Assembly (NCBI GenBank): GCA_047495785.1
Contig: JBLDXI010000012.1
Span: forward strand, 992,001-1,056,000
DNA: 64,000 nucleotides
Source: Lepidodermella squamata
Lineage: Eukaryota; Animalia; Gastrotricha
Direction of reading: 5' to 3'
A program made the position numbers and the translations under genes. Of the stretch, positions 1 through 13,300 are shown piece after piece. How positions within the stretch are numbered: the stretch's first letter is position 1; each line of letters opens with the position of its first letter. The notes under the pieces are model-generated. The model was not told the origin of the DNA. It did not search any database and worked only from the letters and a program-made list of their open reading frames with translations.

Positions 1-35
<35 letters not shown>

Positions 36-182
36 CCAATCCGAAGATTGACAAAAGTAACAATTCAACCATGCGTTTTCAATGGAATCGATGATGGAAT
101 ACTAATAATTTTAGTCTCATCTGCATATTAAACTTTAAAGTTAAAATAAGTTATTAGGTTTGAAAACAGAATGAAAAAAGTT

Positions 183-254
183 AGGTCCCATCGAGATTTG
201 AACTCGAGTCGCTGGATTCAGAGTCCAGAGTGCTAACCGCTACACCATGGGACC
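183..254 (-). tRNA. tRNA-Gln(CTG)
   Basis: Reverse complement reads GGTCCCATGGTGTAGCGGTTAGCACTCTGGA-CTCTGAA-TCCAG...GAGTTCAAATCTCGATGGGACCT. It forms a full cloverleaf and is followed by a T-run terminator. Confidence 0.95.
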
Positions 255-341
255 TTGCATAAAAATGAAGCCTTGTTTTGTATGTAATCCTAGATATCGC
301 CTCTAGTTTACTAGGAAAAGTGATTCGTTGAAAAAAGAAAT

Positions 342-423
342 CGCTGCCAGTAGGATTTGAACCTACGCGCGGAGACCGCATCTGATTTCAAGTCAGACCC
401 CTTAACCACTCGGGCATAGCAGC
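342..423 (-). tRNA. tRNA-Ser(TGA)
   Basis: GCTGCTATGCCCGAGTGGTTAAGGGG-TCTGA-CTTGAAA-TCAGA, a long variable arm, then GGTTCAAATCC and a T-rich terminator. Confidence 0.93.
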
Positions 424-609
424 TTAGATTTTATCTCATTCAAAAAGCCCAAGCACATGATTGCAATAATGTTTGGAACAATAAAAATCAGATCAAGAGT
501 CCAACTGTAAAAAAATTAATTTAATAATTTTTTATTTCAATTATTTTTAAGGAGACATTTTTTTAATTATTTCTCCATGACCATTCCTTTTGAGAATCCC
601 TAAAGAGTC

Positions 610-986
610 GGGTCCCCTACAGAGCAGCAGGCTTCAAAGCAAGATAAACTCGAAAAGCGGTGCAAACGTCACGCAACAATAAATCGAATTAATTACGATA
701 AAATTCGGCGTAGTTTTCTGAATATGGACTCATCATAACTTTAGTAGTCCGGCCTATGCATTTTGAAAAAATTTCGAAAAACGACTTTTTCGACCAAAGT
801 GAGGTCTGAGTCACATTACGGAGTTTTGATGACTTATGTTCCTCAATTTTTGGTGTGAAAAGCTAGAATAGCTGACCATCATGTTAGTCCATTGGTTGAA
901 AATCAGAGGCTAAGCCTGAGCGCCTGCTGAGAGGACTGTTTAGTGCGTTTTCCCTGCTTTGAAGCCTGCTGCTCTGTGGGGGACCC
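610..986. mobile_element. Non-autonomous DNA transposon (MITE, 377 bp) with 32-bp TIRs and 8-bp TSD
   Basis: The TIR GGGTCCCCTACAGAGCAGCAGGCTTCAAAGCA starts at 610 and its inverted copy ends at 986 (1 mismatch). The direct repeat AAAGAGTC flanks it at 602-609 and 987-994. Confidence 0.85.
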
Positions 987-1377
987 AAAGAGTCAGATGA
1001 TTTCGCAACGATCTATCAATAAAAATCAGATAATTTCAAAAATGGAGAAAAATGGAAAAAAAACTCTAGGCCTGGCGGCGGAATGCTGAAAATAGCATAT
1101 AGGTAAATAAAAAATCGGGTCCAATCAAAGTTCTTCGAAAAAGTTAAAAAAAAGTTAAAAAAAATTGTCATTTGTAGCTTTTAGAGTTTCAAACTCTTTC
1201 ATTTTGTTCAATAAAAGTTCCCCACTATCAGAGAATTTGCGATTCATCTACAAGCAGAAATTTGACACAGTTAATTTTTATGATTTCGATAATCTCCGAT
1301 TTTCATCAAATTAGGAGGCCATAATTTGCGCGCATACAAACATAAGAAAAATAATTATAATTTTCTCTAAAAAATTA

Positions 1378-4300
1378 TCATCTTTTACCTTCAAGTAAAG
1401 ACATAACTCCAGTGTCTTGATCCAGTAACGTCAACGGAGACGCAATGCCAGGCGTTCCAGCGCCACTCGCAGCCTGGCCAGTGCCTCGCAGTCGCATGTT
1501 GCCTTTCGGCGTTTCAATAACCCGATGAATGAAACCAGTACTCGTCAAATAGTCCCCAAGCGCCGCCTCAGATAACACTGCGAAATAAACCGATTCGATT
1601 TGACACGCGCCGGGTAGTGAGCTGTTAGGATCCAACCCAGCCGCGCCACGAATCGCCCTTTCCAGGCTCAAATCAACCGAAACTACAAAATCCACCGCTG
1701 ACATAGACGCATTAGTCGATGAATATATCGGCACGTGAGGCTGTTGCTGCGACTCGGAATTAATGGGTACCGGCTCCAATAACACCGACCCAATCGTCAC
1801 AAATTTACGATTAGCGGTCGTACCCATCGAATCGTTGATCATAACGCCGAAAGACAGGTCTTTAATCAACAAACCAATCGGGTTATTGAAAGTCGCAGTC
1901 TGTTCCGGTTCAGTGATTGTGACGTTCAATTTCGTGTTCGCCTTACTAGCCTGTTCCGGTTTAAACACCCTAGCCGACCAGCCGTAGTGCGCGTCGACAT
2001 TTTCCATCATTTCAAGGTCGAAATTTGAGACGCTGAGCGCGTGATTTGTTTTGAAATAATGAAGCAACGACCCGAGTTTCGGTAATAACCCGGACGCATT
2101 CGCCGTTAACCGACCGCCGCTTTGCGATAATTTCTCGAAAGATTCGAATAGCTCAAACCTCGACTCAACAACCTGGCTCAGGTACCACGCTAATGGGACG
2201 CCATTTTCGCGGAATAACAGGTCAAGATCGTCTTCGCCGATCCACGTGACCGGGGTCAATTGCTGGCACAACGCCGCTGCTGTATCCGTCAACTCGGGCG
2301 GAACGGCGAATCGGTCGAGCAGAACGGTTTTCGCTAATTTAGCCATGTCGTTTGCGATGATGTCCAGCAGACTGCAGAGTTTAATCGCCTCGGTTTTCAT
2401 GAAAGCGCGCCATGGGTCGCTGGGCGCTGTGAGATCCTGCGCGACCTGGTACGCGAATTTCGCCTTTTTATTGCGAATTTGATGCGTGCAATCGTGGGCG
2501 ATAACCAGGCCGTTCCATAGGCGATTTGTTTGAATTTGAGGCGGATCGTCGTACCAATACGCGTCTTCGATGTCGAGCATTTTCACGAATTTTAGGAAAA
2601 ATCGCCGGCCGGTTAAAATTCGCTGGTCTTTCAAATAGTGATCGAAGTCTGAAAAATCAGATTCGCCCAATTTTGAGGCGACATCCTCTGGAACTCGAGC
2701 ACTGGCGAATTTGACCAATATTTCACTCGATTTTTGAATAATCCAACTCGTAAGTCTGGGTTCGAAAATCGATGAGAAATAAATGGTTGATTCGAGTAGG
2801 GATCTTCCGAATTTTTCCAGGTCGTTCGGTAACGGTTTCCCTGTCTCGAAAAATGACTGTAGATTGCTCTGAATCACGTCTGGAATGCTCCAAGCTTCGA
2901 ACAAGAACCGAGGCTCGATAAGACTGGCTGACATCGTTTGAATCGTAGTTAAAAATAGCGATAGGCGGAATATTTCTGGATTCGCAGAAGCATCTGGAGG
3001 TAGAGTTCTCAAACTACTCTGCAGTTTAACCGCGACTGATCGATTATCCAAGCTCGAATTCGGGCTTAAATCGACAGATTTAACGAAATAGTCGTAGGAA
3101 ATCATTTCCCACGGCTCGTTAGCCTCGATGCAATGGTCATTCAACGCCTTTTGCCCGGTTAATTCAGACGTATCGACGGTGAAAACTAGCTGGAATGACG
3201 TAGCCGATTGCCGGTCAATGATAATTTCCAACACGTGTAGCGGTATAACTTGAATATTCGGCACGAAAACAACACCAGTGGCGTCTGATGACAGTTTAAT
3301 CTTCAAATCTTCGAGGTAATTACGCCCTAGACAGTCGATAACTGTCAATCGACCTTCGCCAACTTTTTGAACCAGTTTCGACTGGACGATGTTTGAAGCT
3401 CGAGCCGGGCAGATTACAGCAGTTCTTAAGCTGGATTCGAAGCTGTATTGACAGCCTACGATGTTGTCTTTACCCTGGGCGACGATTTTTTCGCAGAAAT
3501 TTGTGAAAATATGCGGTTTTAGCAGACCGATAAGATACGCCTTCTCGAGATTGGTCAAATTTCGGCCTGAAACCGTCATTGGAACTTCAAATTCGTCATC
3601 CTCTTCCGACTTCCCGGTAAACCAGTCAGACCAAGCTTGGCAGTCTTCATTAATCGCGCGGAGGAATTCGGGCGAGAAAAAGCCCGAAAGGCGAGCGAAA
3701 TCAGTTTTTGACAGAAAAGCTGGTCTTTCAATCGTATCAGATAGATGAGCAGGTTTCCCGGTGATTAGGAAGGTCGAATCGGTCCGGTCTTGACATAACG
3801 CGAATGATGTTAGCAGGAGGGACCTTTCAGCTGGCAGCAGCTCTTGGCTGATAAGTTCCAGGGGTCGAGTTACGGCGGCGCTTGATAGCTCGCTGATTTC
3901 CAACTCGCTGAATGGCGCACTGACTTCGGCTGGAATTTCGGGTATTTGCGGCAGAGCAAGCTGGTGTTGCGAACCTTGAGATGTTTTCTTCTCCAGTTTA
4001 TTGCGCTCATCAGCCTGTTCCTGATCCTTGTCTACAATCATTTGGACCTGGCCATCACCTACGTCCGCCTTAACGATTTGCTGGTCGGGTTCCAGGCCAG
4101 TTTGAGGCTCGCCTGAAGGTTCAGCCTGTTTTGCTGGTTCGGGTTCAGGTTCGGGTTTCTGGCTGTGATTCGACCTTGGCGATTCCTTCCTCGCCTCCTT
4201 TTCAGAACTCTGAGGCGGTTCTATGGCTCGATTAGAACCAGATAGCTGGAACCAATTATAGTCCAGACCGATCCATGAAAATGATTTTTGATTCATGTTG

Positions 4301-7300
4301 CTGACAATAGCTTGAAGTCGGAATGAGATATGCATCAACATAGCGGCTCTATCGCAAATCGGGCCCAAGTTGTTCTCGGCGAGTCGGTGAAGCTTTTGAA
4401 TCAAACGCTCTAGAGTTTCGATTGAAATTCGAATTTTGTATCGCGAATTCAGAAGATGAGCGAATGATAGTTCAACCGCCTCGTCGCTTGATGCTGCGCC
4501 CGATGAGAAAACTGAAATATCGCTGCGTTCCATGAGTTGCTGATAAGCGGCGGTGACTTTGTCGGCGGCTTCGAAAAACGACGATTGCGAGTCGTAGAGA
4601 GATCGAATTGTGAGGCCGATTGAGGGACGCAGTTCAGACATCGATTTGATGATGAGATTTTCGCGAATCACGTCACGGTCCAGGCGATAGCTGATAAGAG
4701 AAGTTACCGACGCAACCTAAAATGATGGGATAACAATTCGTAAAAATTAATAAATACAAAAATGATTTTTTAAATTACTGAAAAAAAATAAAATTTGAAA
4801 ATTCTGAAAATTTGAAACTGATTTTAAAAAGTTTCGAAAAAATTAACGTTTTAGCATTAATCTAGAGCTCCAAAATTTTTAATTTTTAATTTTAGCTACC
4901 TCTTAGCCTATCGTATCATCATAAAAATGCTGAAGCTAAGGGACGATTTGAAACAAAAATAGCCGCAATTTGGGAACATCTAGAGCGGGGCCCTGAAATT
5001 AGGGTGCTCCAGCTTAGTGGACCCAAATTAAAATAAATTAAAATAATATTTCATGATTTGAAAAATGAAAAATTCAATTCATTTCCTTTCTAGTTTCCAA
5101 AACCCAAATACCGAGGTTATGTCATACCTGAGGACTGAAGGCTGGGATTCCATCAGCGTTTACTCTTTCAAACTCGCCCGGAAGAATCGGTCGACTGCTG
5201 AAAAACGCTTCGAAGGTCGCTCCACAAATGACTTTCCTCTTCCCAACCGGCAAAATTGAGATCTCCCTCAAATTTATCGTCACAAAATGATGTTGAATCA
5301 ACGGCTGGAGTAATGCATCCAAATTTCTCGGGGCATTTTTCACAATTACAACATCGCCATCGATCACGTGACGTTCTAATTGCGATACAACGAGAGGATT
5401 AGCGGCCAGGGTTAGCGTTTTGATCTTTTCGAGATCTAACGCGAATTTGAGGTCTTCAACCTCAGTGTCGCCGTTGCATTTACTCCATTCGGCGAATGTG
5501 TAAACAGGCCGATTTTGCGAGTTCGCAATCATCGCCACATTTTCCATACGTTGCCGGCTAAAGGCGAGTTTTTGCATTTCAAGCAACCGATTATCGCCGA
5601 CTAATTGCCGGAGAATCGCGTCAAGGTACCGCCGAACCCGTTCAGCTTCATCAATCGCGTAATCTGAGTCATCACTTTCGACCAATGGGGGCTCAACTGC
5701 GGCAACACTTTCGCGTTTTCCAGTGCTTAGAGGGCGGAATTGAGCTGGAGGTATCTCCCCGCCGAAATACTCGTTTTCCTCGAATTCATCGCTTCCAGTG
5801 CCGTCCGGGTTAAGACCACCGACTGAGGCATCGATAACACAGCCGCGGATATCATCAATTCTGTCGAAAATCAGCGGCAACCCGCGTTTTCTGACGCAAA
5901 TCGGCCAGTGGTGTAGCAGCATTTCGTGGCGGAATTTCGGCTGGAATGGGCCGAGATACGCGACAGTGGCCGCTGCGATAGCGCAACGCCCGAACATGGT
6001 TGAACTAAGACGTTTCTCGCACGACTCGATGATTTGTTCGCAACGAGCCATTTCAGCGTCGAGGAGGCGTCGAAGGCCTCGGGCGTCTTCTAACCGACCC
6101 CGCATTTCCGCGACCTTTTTCTCCTGCTCCTGCTTATCGACAGTTGCTTCTTCGAAGCCGCGAGCCAGTTCGGCCAATCGGCTGTCGAAAGCGCCGCGCT
6201 TCTCGTCGAGAGCCGCGAGTTTGGTCTCAGCCTCGGCGACGGAGGCTTTAGTTTCGTTCAGTTTACGTTGAAGCGGCGCGACTCGGAGGACCATCAATTT
6301 TTGATAGTGGATAACGTTATCGAGCCACCTTAACAGAGGGGCCGTGCGATTGTCGCTTGATAGAAAATCACGGTGATCGTTCAGCCGACGAACATGACCT
6401 AGAAAAAATATTAACATTTTGTTAAAATTTTCCGAAATTTTATATATTAATTTAATACATAATTATAAATTAATTGAATTAATAATTAATTAATTAATAT
6501 TAACTTAATTAATTATTAATTTCAAATTAATTTTAAATTAATTTTATGATTTAAATATTATAAATTAATTTTCAATTTTTTTGTAATTTTTTGAATCTGA
6601 CGAAAAGTTCAAAATTTCACCAATCTCAATTTTCACTTATTGTCTAGTTTCAATTTTTTGCAAAACTTACTTTCTAGGATTTTGATAGTGCTCTCTGACA
6701 GTTCCATCGAATTGAATGACGACAATTCATCGATAAATCGCTCCAAATTCGCCAACTGACGTTTCGCCCCTCGTTGCCAACTCAGATCAGCAGTTGGCGA
6801 TTTCAGCACAATGATGATGCCCGCCATCAAATCATCCATGCCCTCCTGCGGCTTCTGAATACTCCGCAACTCAGACAAAACAGTCATATCCAACGCTTTC
6901 AACAGTCCCTTGGTATCATCGATGATTTGCGAGGCCTTATACATCGTCCGTTCACAGGCCATTTGATATTTTGGCAGTTGACTTCGGAAATAGGTCAATT
7001 TTCGAATGTGGCCTTTAACAGTTCGTAGTTGAAGTTCCATAATCGCCTTATCCTGGCCAATTTGCTTTAACAACTGAGCCGCTCCTTCCCGCTTATCCTC
7101 AGCAATTTGCAGATCAATCTCCAACTGCTGGGCTAATTGAGTCGCAGCGTCCGAATCGTGACGTAGTCGGTCAATGATTTTCTTCGCAGCTTCGTCTTCC
7201 GCCAAAATTTTCTCCCTCTCCTGTTTTAGCAGCATCAAAAATCGCCGGACGAAATACTCGAACGTTGTATTCGTCAAATTTCCGAACGGCCCACATTGCA

Positions 7301-10300
7301 GGGATGCGCTTGATTTGGCTGAAGCGTTCGCATGGGCTCGAATTGTTAAATGCATATCAGCCAGTAAATGGCACACATTCTCGCGATCAGACGCGCTCAG
7401 CCACTCCCATTCATCAGGGACCTCCTCCTCCTCGTCCTCATCTTCCTCATCAACCTCGGTGCGGAAGTGGTAATCGGCGTGTTTAACCAACTGCGCCCGG
7501 GTCCAGTGACTCAGCCAAAACACGTTAGACTGCTTGAAAATCGCCAAATAGTTGCGAACAGTCGGCCAAAACGTCGCGTCAACTCGGTTGAAAATGATGG
7601 CGAGACGCGCGTTTTCGTAGACTCGCCGCTCGAAAAACCGCCAAATCGCGTGCTTCGAATGCGCCTGCCCTACCAGCGTCGCATCAGCCCGAACCGCGTT
7701 GATGATATTCGTCTGCGCGTCAACGCCGTACAAACTCGTTAAATCAGACTGAGTGACAAAATCGCATAATTTCGCCAACAAAGTCGGGCATTGGTTGAAT
7801 TCTTCATCGCGGACGATTATCAGCATTTTCTGGTCTTTGCACCCAGCATCGAAGAAGTAGTCGGCTAGGGACGCGAGGGATTCGCTCAATTTCTCGCTGG
7901 GAGAAGCGTCTGGGGTAGATGGCGGCAGGCTTCGAATTTGAAGCCCGGCAACAGATCCGCCCAAAGTCGCGAAAAATTGAGTCCGGCCAGGGTAGCCCTC
8001 AGCAACTAGGACGACATTGCCATTCGGAGCCGATGACGCAACAATTCGAGCAAGACGGGAGATAACGCCCAAAACTTGTCGGTAGAAGAAAATTTCAATA
8101 TTCGGGTAATTTTTATTCCACTCATTCTGAGCCTCGCCCGACAGTTCGAAAACATCTTCATCCATAGCAAATTCGTGCTTGTAAAAATCGTGGAGAACGT
8201 ACTTCCGATAGCCATTCGTATGTTGGCCCATTGTCGGAATCGCAACGTTAGTCATGCCGTTTTCGTGGGTGATAATGCTGCTGAAAAGCGGGATTTCCGG
8301 CTCGAATAGCCATTCCAGGTACCGTTTGTCTGTTACGTATTTTTTCACCCGGCTAACGTACAGCTCGTCGTATTTCTGCTGATCAACGTTACTGTTGAGT
8401 TTTTGACGCAGCGTCCAGTCCAACTCATGTCGCCATAAATAGAATAGATTTGCGATATTTTGATTCGCAAGCTCAGTGTTCATCGATTGGCAGAAAAACG
8501 AGAACAGCCGCGATAGATCGTGCATAGAAAATAGGTAATGGCCTCGGGTCAAAGTTGGCACGAAGATCTTGGAAAGATCCGAAACCAGGTCGAGTGATAG
8601 AGATGTCAAGGAATTTATCACTGATTTCAACTCGCCACTTCCTTGGCCGAAATGGGCCTGAACCAGGCCGGAAAAGATGTGGAACTGTTCATCGTGCGAT
8701 GGATAGGCCAGGCTGAAGAAGAAAAACTTCCAGAGCAGGCGCTCAGAAACCACAGGAGCGGCATTTCGAGGCGTTGGATTCAAAGACAGGATGTAAGAAG
8801 TTCCTATAAAATTAGAAAAAGAAATTTAAATTAAGGTATGCCACGAATTTCAAAATTAAAATTGAAAACAAAACTAAATTGATAATCAATTTTCCAAAAT
8901 TTCAATTATTTCCATTTCAAAATTTCGATTATCTTACATTTCAAAATTTTAAATTCAAACTTTGAATATTTTAAGAAATTCGAAATCACTTGCTTTTTCC
9001 TGATTTTTATATAGAATTTGTTTACATAGTGGAACCGAATCCTGAAACTTAATTTTTCAATAATTTTATTTTTTATTGTTCAGAGAACCGCACAGAATTT
9101 CATCAATTCAATTTTTGAAAAGGATGCGTCAAATTGGAAGCCTAAATTTAGGGTTTTACAGCAATAAATTCTCCCAAAATATGGTTTTTCGAGTTTCGCA
9201 TCTTCCCTAATAGAATTTCAATTTTTATATTATCATGAGTCATCGGAAATTCTTAGTGCCAAGACACATAAAATTAGTGCTGGAATTTTACTGTTGCAAA
9301 TATTTAGACCCATTTAAAAAGGCATTTTCATGGGACTTTTAAATTTGTTTTCGCTAAAAGAGCCTATAAAAATGTACCTCTAATATAGCGCCAAGAGCAG
9401 TCGGCTGGCGTATTGAAACCCCCATCATCGATATGCTGGCGAATCAACTCCGCAGAAGTTTGAGCCGAAGTATCCGGGTCGACTCGAGCCAAATGAAGGT
9501 CATCAATGAAGCAAATCAGCCGCTTTGATCGTGGCGCATACGTTTGACCGTGCCGCCAGACCACATGACGATCAAGCGCGGAGAAAACTGCCATGCTGTC
9601 AGTTTCCTGGGTCGACGTTACAACGGCAGAGTCGAAATCACTCAACTGTGACGCGCACATTTGGTCCAATTTCGTGAGTAAAGTTCGAGTTTTCCCACAG
9701 CCATCAGTTCCAACAACTGCAATCGACGAGCCCATGTCGCAAATCAAGCTGACAAAATACGACAATTGTTCAGTTCGACGAGTTCGGATGAAACTTTCGG
9801 ACGAAATTCCGAGACCAACGGCTAAATTAGCTGTTTGGCTAGCCTCAAATCGAACAAGATCGACCTTCTCAGTGTCTGGGATCAGGTCGTCAAGATCTTT
9901 CGGGCAATCGTGGTACATAGAAACAATCCACGACAAAAATTCCTGGCGGGCGTTTTGGGTCAGGCCGCCGCCAAATGCCCAGTAAATCGCGAAATACATG
10001 CATTTCTTGAACAATTCCTCCTTACGGATATCAAGCGCATGTAAGAGACCGTCGACAATTTTCGTGAAGGACATGACAGACATCAAAATTTGCAGGTCAT
10101 TGCTCATTGGCCAGCAAGTTGCGTGGCACAGCTCGGCACGTTTATTCAACGCAGGAACGAAAATTTTGTTAAACAGCTCGAAAAATAAACGCTGGAAATC
10201 GAACGGCTTGCGTTGAATCCAATGGAATAAAATCAAAGGGACCATCGATTTTTCGCGGGTGATTGAAACCAGGGCCATCCTAGAGCAAGTTGCGGGTGAC

Positions 10301-13300
10301 AAATGCGCCAGTGAGTCGGTTTCCCAGAATACGTGGCAATTTTGCCTGGCGACATTCAACCGCCTACCGTCAACCAGGCTCGAAACGTCTTCGGTATAAA
10401 TCACATCGAGCAATTGTTCGACTAAAACTGGCGTTAAGGGCCCGTCAACTTGAAGGACTTGGTCGATTTCTTTACTAGCGTTGGCGAATATCATTTCGAA
10501 AGCTGACGGGATTAAACCGAAATGGGTCCCAGATTCGTGTCTCGCCAACTTTTTCGCATCCCCGAAAACTCGGCTGGTCTCAACTGAAGCCGGGTAGATG
10601 CTGTGAATATTCAGTGAAGTTCCCATTTGTTTCAAAGCGGCGCAGAATAACTTAATCGCCTCAGTTTTACCCGAACAGGCCGGGCCTAGGACAGTTACAA
10701 ACGGGTAATTGTGGAACATTTCAAACAACTGATCGAGTTTTTGAAGTAGAGTTGACGTCAACTCAATGCTGTAGTTCAATCGTCTCGCGGCTAAAAACAC
10801 AGCTTCGTGGAAATTCGAGCAAATCTGATTGTGGGTAATCACAGCAGAGTTGATAACCGGCAGTTTCAGGTCCAAAATCGAGAAGAACTGATCGGCGGTT
10901 CGACCGAGGGCCGACGTCATTGACTTGGCGTTTACAGCTCGAGCTGATTTTCGAGACGGGATCATTCGTGAAGAATTCCGTTCATTCGCCGACTTAACGT
11001 AATCTTCAGCGGATAAATTGAAAAACAGCGGAGTTATCGAAACCATCAATTCACTGTTTTCCCGCTCCAACTGCCCGAGTAGAACGCTTTCAATCGCTGA
11101 AACTATCGCCAATTCCTCGAATTCAGCTTCATTTGTTGCGTTCATGAGTCCTAAGATTTCGAGATCTTCGTTGGATTTGCTGGATTTTCCGAGATTTGAC
11201 AGCTTTTCGCCGGCGCTGTGACACAGGGCTGCTATCATCGAGTTACCCATGAGAGACCCAGACCCGACATCCAACATTCTAACCCCATTTTTGTCATGGG
11301 TGGTTAGATCCGTTCCCATTAATTTAGTCGCAAATTTGAGGTAAGAAACCAGTTTTTTCGCCAAAACTGTCGAGGATGAGAACCCTTCCCGAAGCAGGTA
11401 GAGTTCCGTTTGAATAACGGGGTCCGGCGGTGTTAAGGCCAAAGTTCTCAGACGATCTCGGATTGAATCAGTCAAAGGAAAGGCGGCTCTTATCGACCCA
11501 TCGAAAATTCTTTGGTTCGAGTCGGCCGTGAAGAAAATGTTGCCAATGTTCAATGGTATTTCAGCATTAGCCGGGCTCGGCTGGTCATTAATCGAAGCGA
11601 CGGCTAGGAGTTGAAGATCCGGGGTTAGACAGTGAAATTCGGAGAATAAAACCCAAGCTCCAGAAACAATTGAAGCTTGAACAATTTCAGTAATTCTAGC
11701 CGGAGTGTGATCGGCATCAGACGATAAGTTGGATCCAATTCCGAAACTGAAACCGTAAAGCATGTAGCCGAAAAGCCCGGCGATTGATTCGACGCAATTT
11801 TTGATGGAAACCCGGTCGTTGCCGAGGAAGCAAACTGGCCTATCTTTCGTAGCAACGCTCTCAAAAACAGTCGCCAACGTGAATGGAGACATGATGAAAA
11901 TCGAGTGCTGAAAACTGGCGGCGCCAACGAATTCGAACCCGTAATCAATCGAATGGCCAACTGCGCTTAATGAGACCGAATTTTTCTCCTGGTCGAAGGA
12001 AGCCTTAGGAAAAGCTTCAAATTCGAAACTTCCCCGAGTTTTGACACTCTCGTCCGAAAACAGAAGCTCCCGGAAAGAGATCAACAACGATATAATCGCT
12101 TGAAGTTTGATAGTTTCTTGGGGTAGCATCAAGGCTACGAGCGGTGCCGTATCCACTGCATCTTTAATTACAGTCGCGCTGAATTCTTCGAGGGAAGTTG
12201 ATTTCAACATCGAACTCGCAATTCTAATCAAATCTTCCAGCGCAGTTTTGAAGCCAGATTTCGACTCGGAATCATTGCCAGTCAATAGCAGGGACGTTAG
12301 CTTGATTCTCAGTGATGTTATTAAAATATCCGCTGGCATGTTGAGGATTCCATTGAAAAATTTCGATTCGGCATCGAACGCTTTTAGAGCCAGAGGAACG
12401 TGATATTTCAAAGTTTCATGAGTTTGTTTCATAATATCGCCCAGAACTTGGGTGATTTGTTGACAAGTGACCGGGGTTAAGAAGGTCAATCGGTCACCCA
12501 AATGGCCAACAAGCCCTGCAATGGCTTGGTGGTCTTCTGTCAGAATCAAACTGTTAACACTCGGCAGAAATTTGTAGATATTTGCATCTAAAAGGTCAGG
12601 ATTCAAACTTGACGAAACCATTCTGAGGCAATCAAGCGGGGCGAGTAGGGAGAGCCTTGGGAATTCAATCTGCGTCCTCGTAACATGGGCCATGAGACTT
12701 TTGATGAAACCTGTCAAGATATCTCCCATCGATTCAAGCCGGTCCAGCATATTTGGCCGGTTGCAATTTTGGAAAATATTCGGATTTTTCTCAACATGGC
12801 GCATGTGGTTGAGAAATTCTTTCGATACAACGGCGAATTTGTGCGATTCAGTTTGAAACGCGACGCGAACTTCGTCATTTGCGAAAACTTCCTGCATTTG
12901 AATGTACAGCAGCTGAACACGTTGCCATTGCCGTAGCACAGATTCGACGTGCTGCAAATTTTGCTGCCATTTTGTGACCTCGTCAACAAAACTACTAGCG
13001 AGCGGGTCGTTCAGAATTGTTTGCAGTTGCAATTGGTGATTTTCGATTTCTTCGTATAGATTTTCGAATTTCGTTATAACGACAACTGTTGTCGGCAGGT
13101 TTGCACCACGCTCGTCCGGTTTTGCTGAATTCAACGCGCTTGGTTGAGCAGTTGAAGCACTTGTAAAGCCAAGTTTTGTCTGAAAAATTAATGCAAAGCT
13201 CAGAAACAGTACTTTTAAATAGTAAATTTTTGTTAAAAAATCTATGAAATTCCGCTAGTAGGATAAGCACTAAATCACCCAAAATCAATCAATTGCTTAT

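Noticed and set aside
181-381. Small ORFs over tRNA genes (also 56539-57400)
   Set aside because: They are translations of tRNA sequence and are not protein coding.
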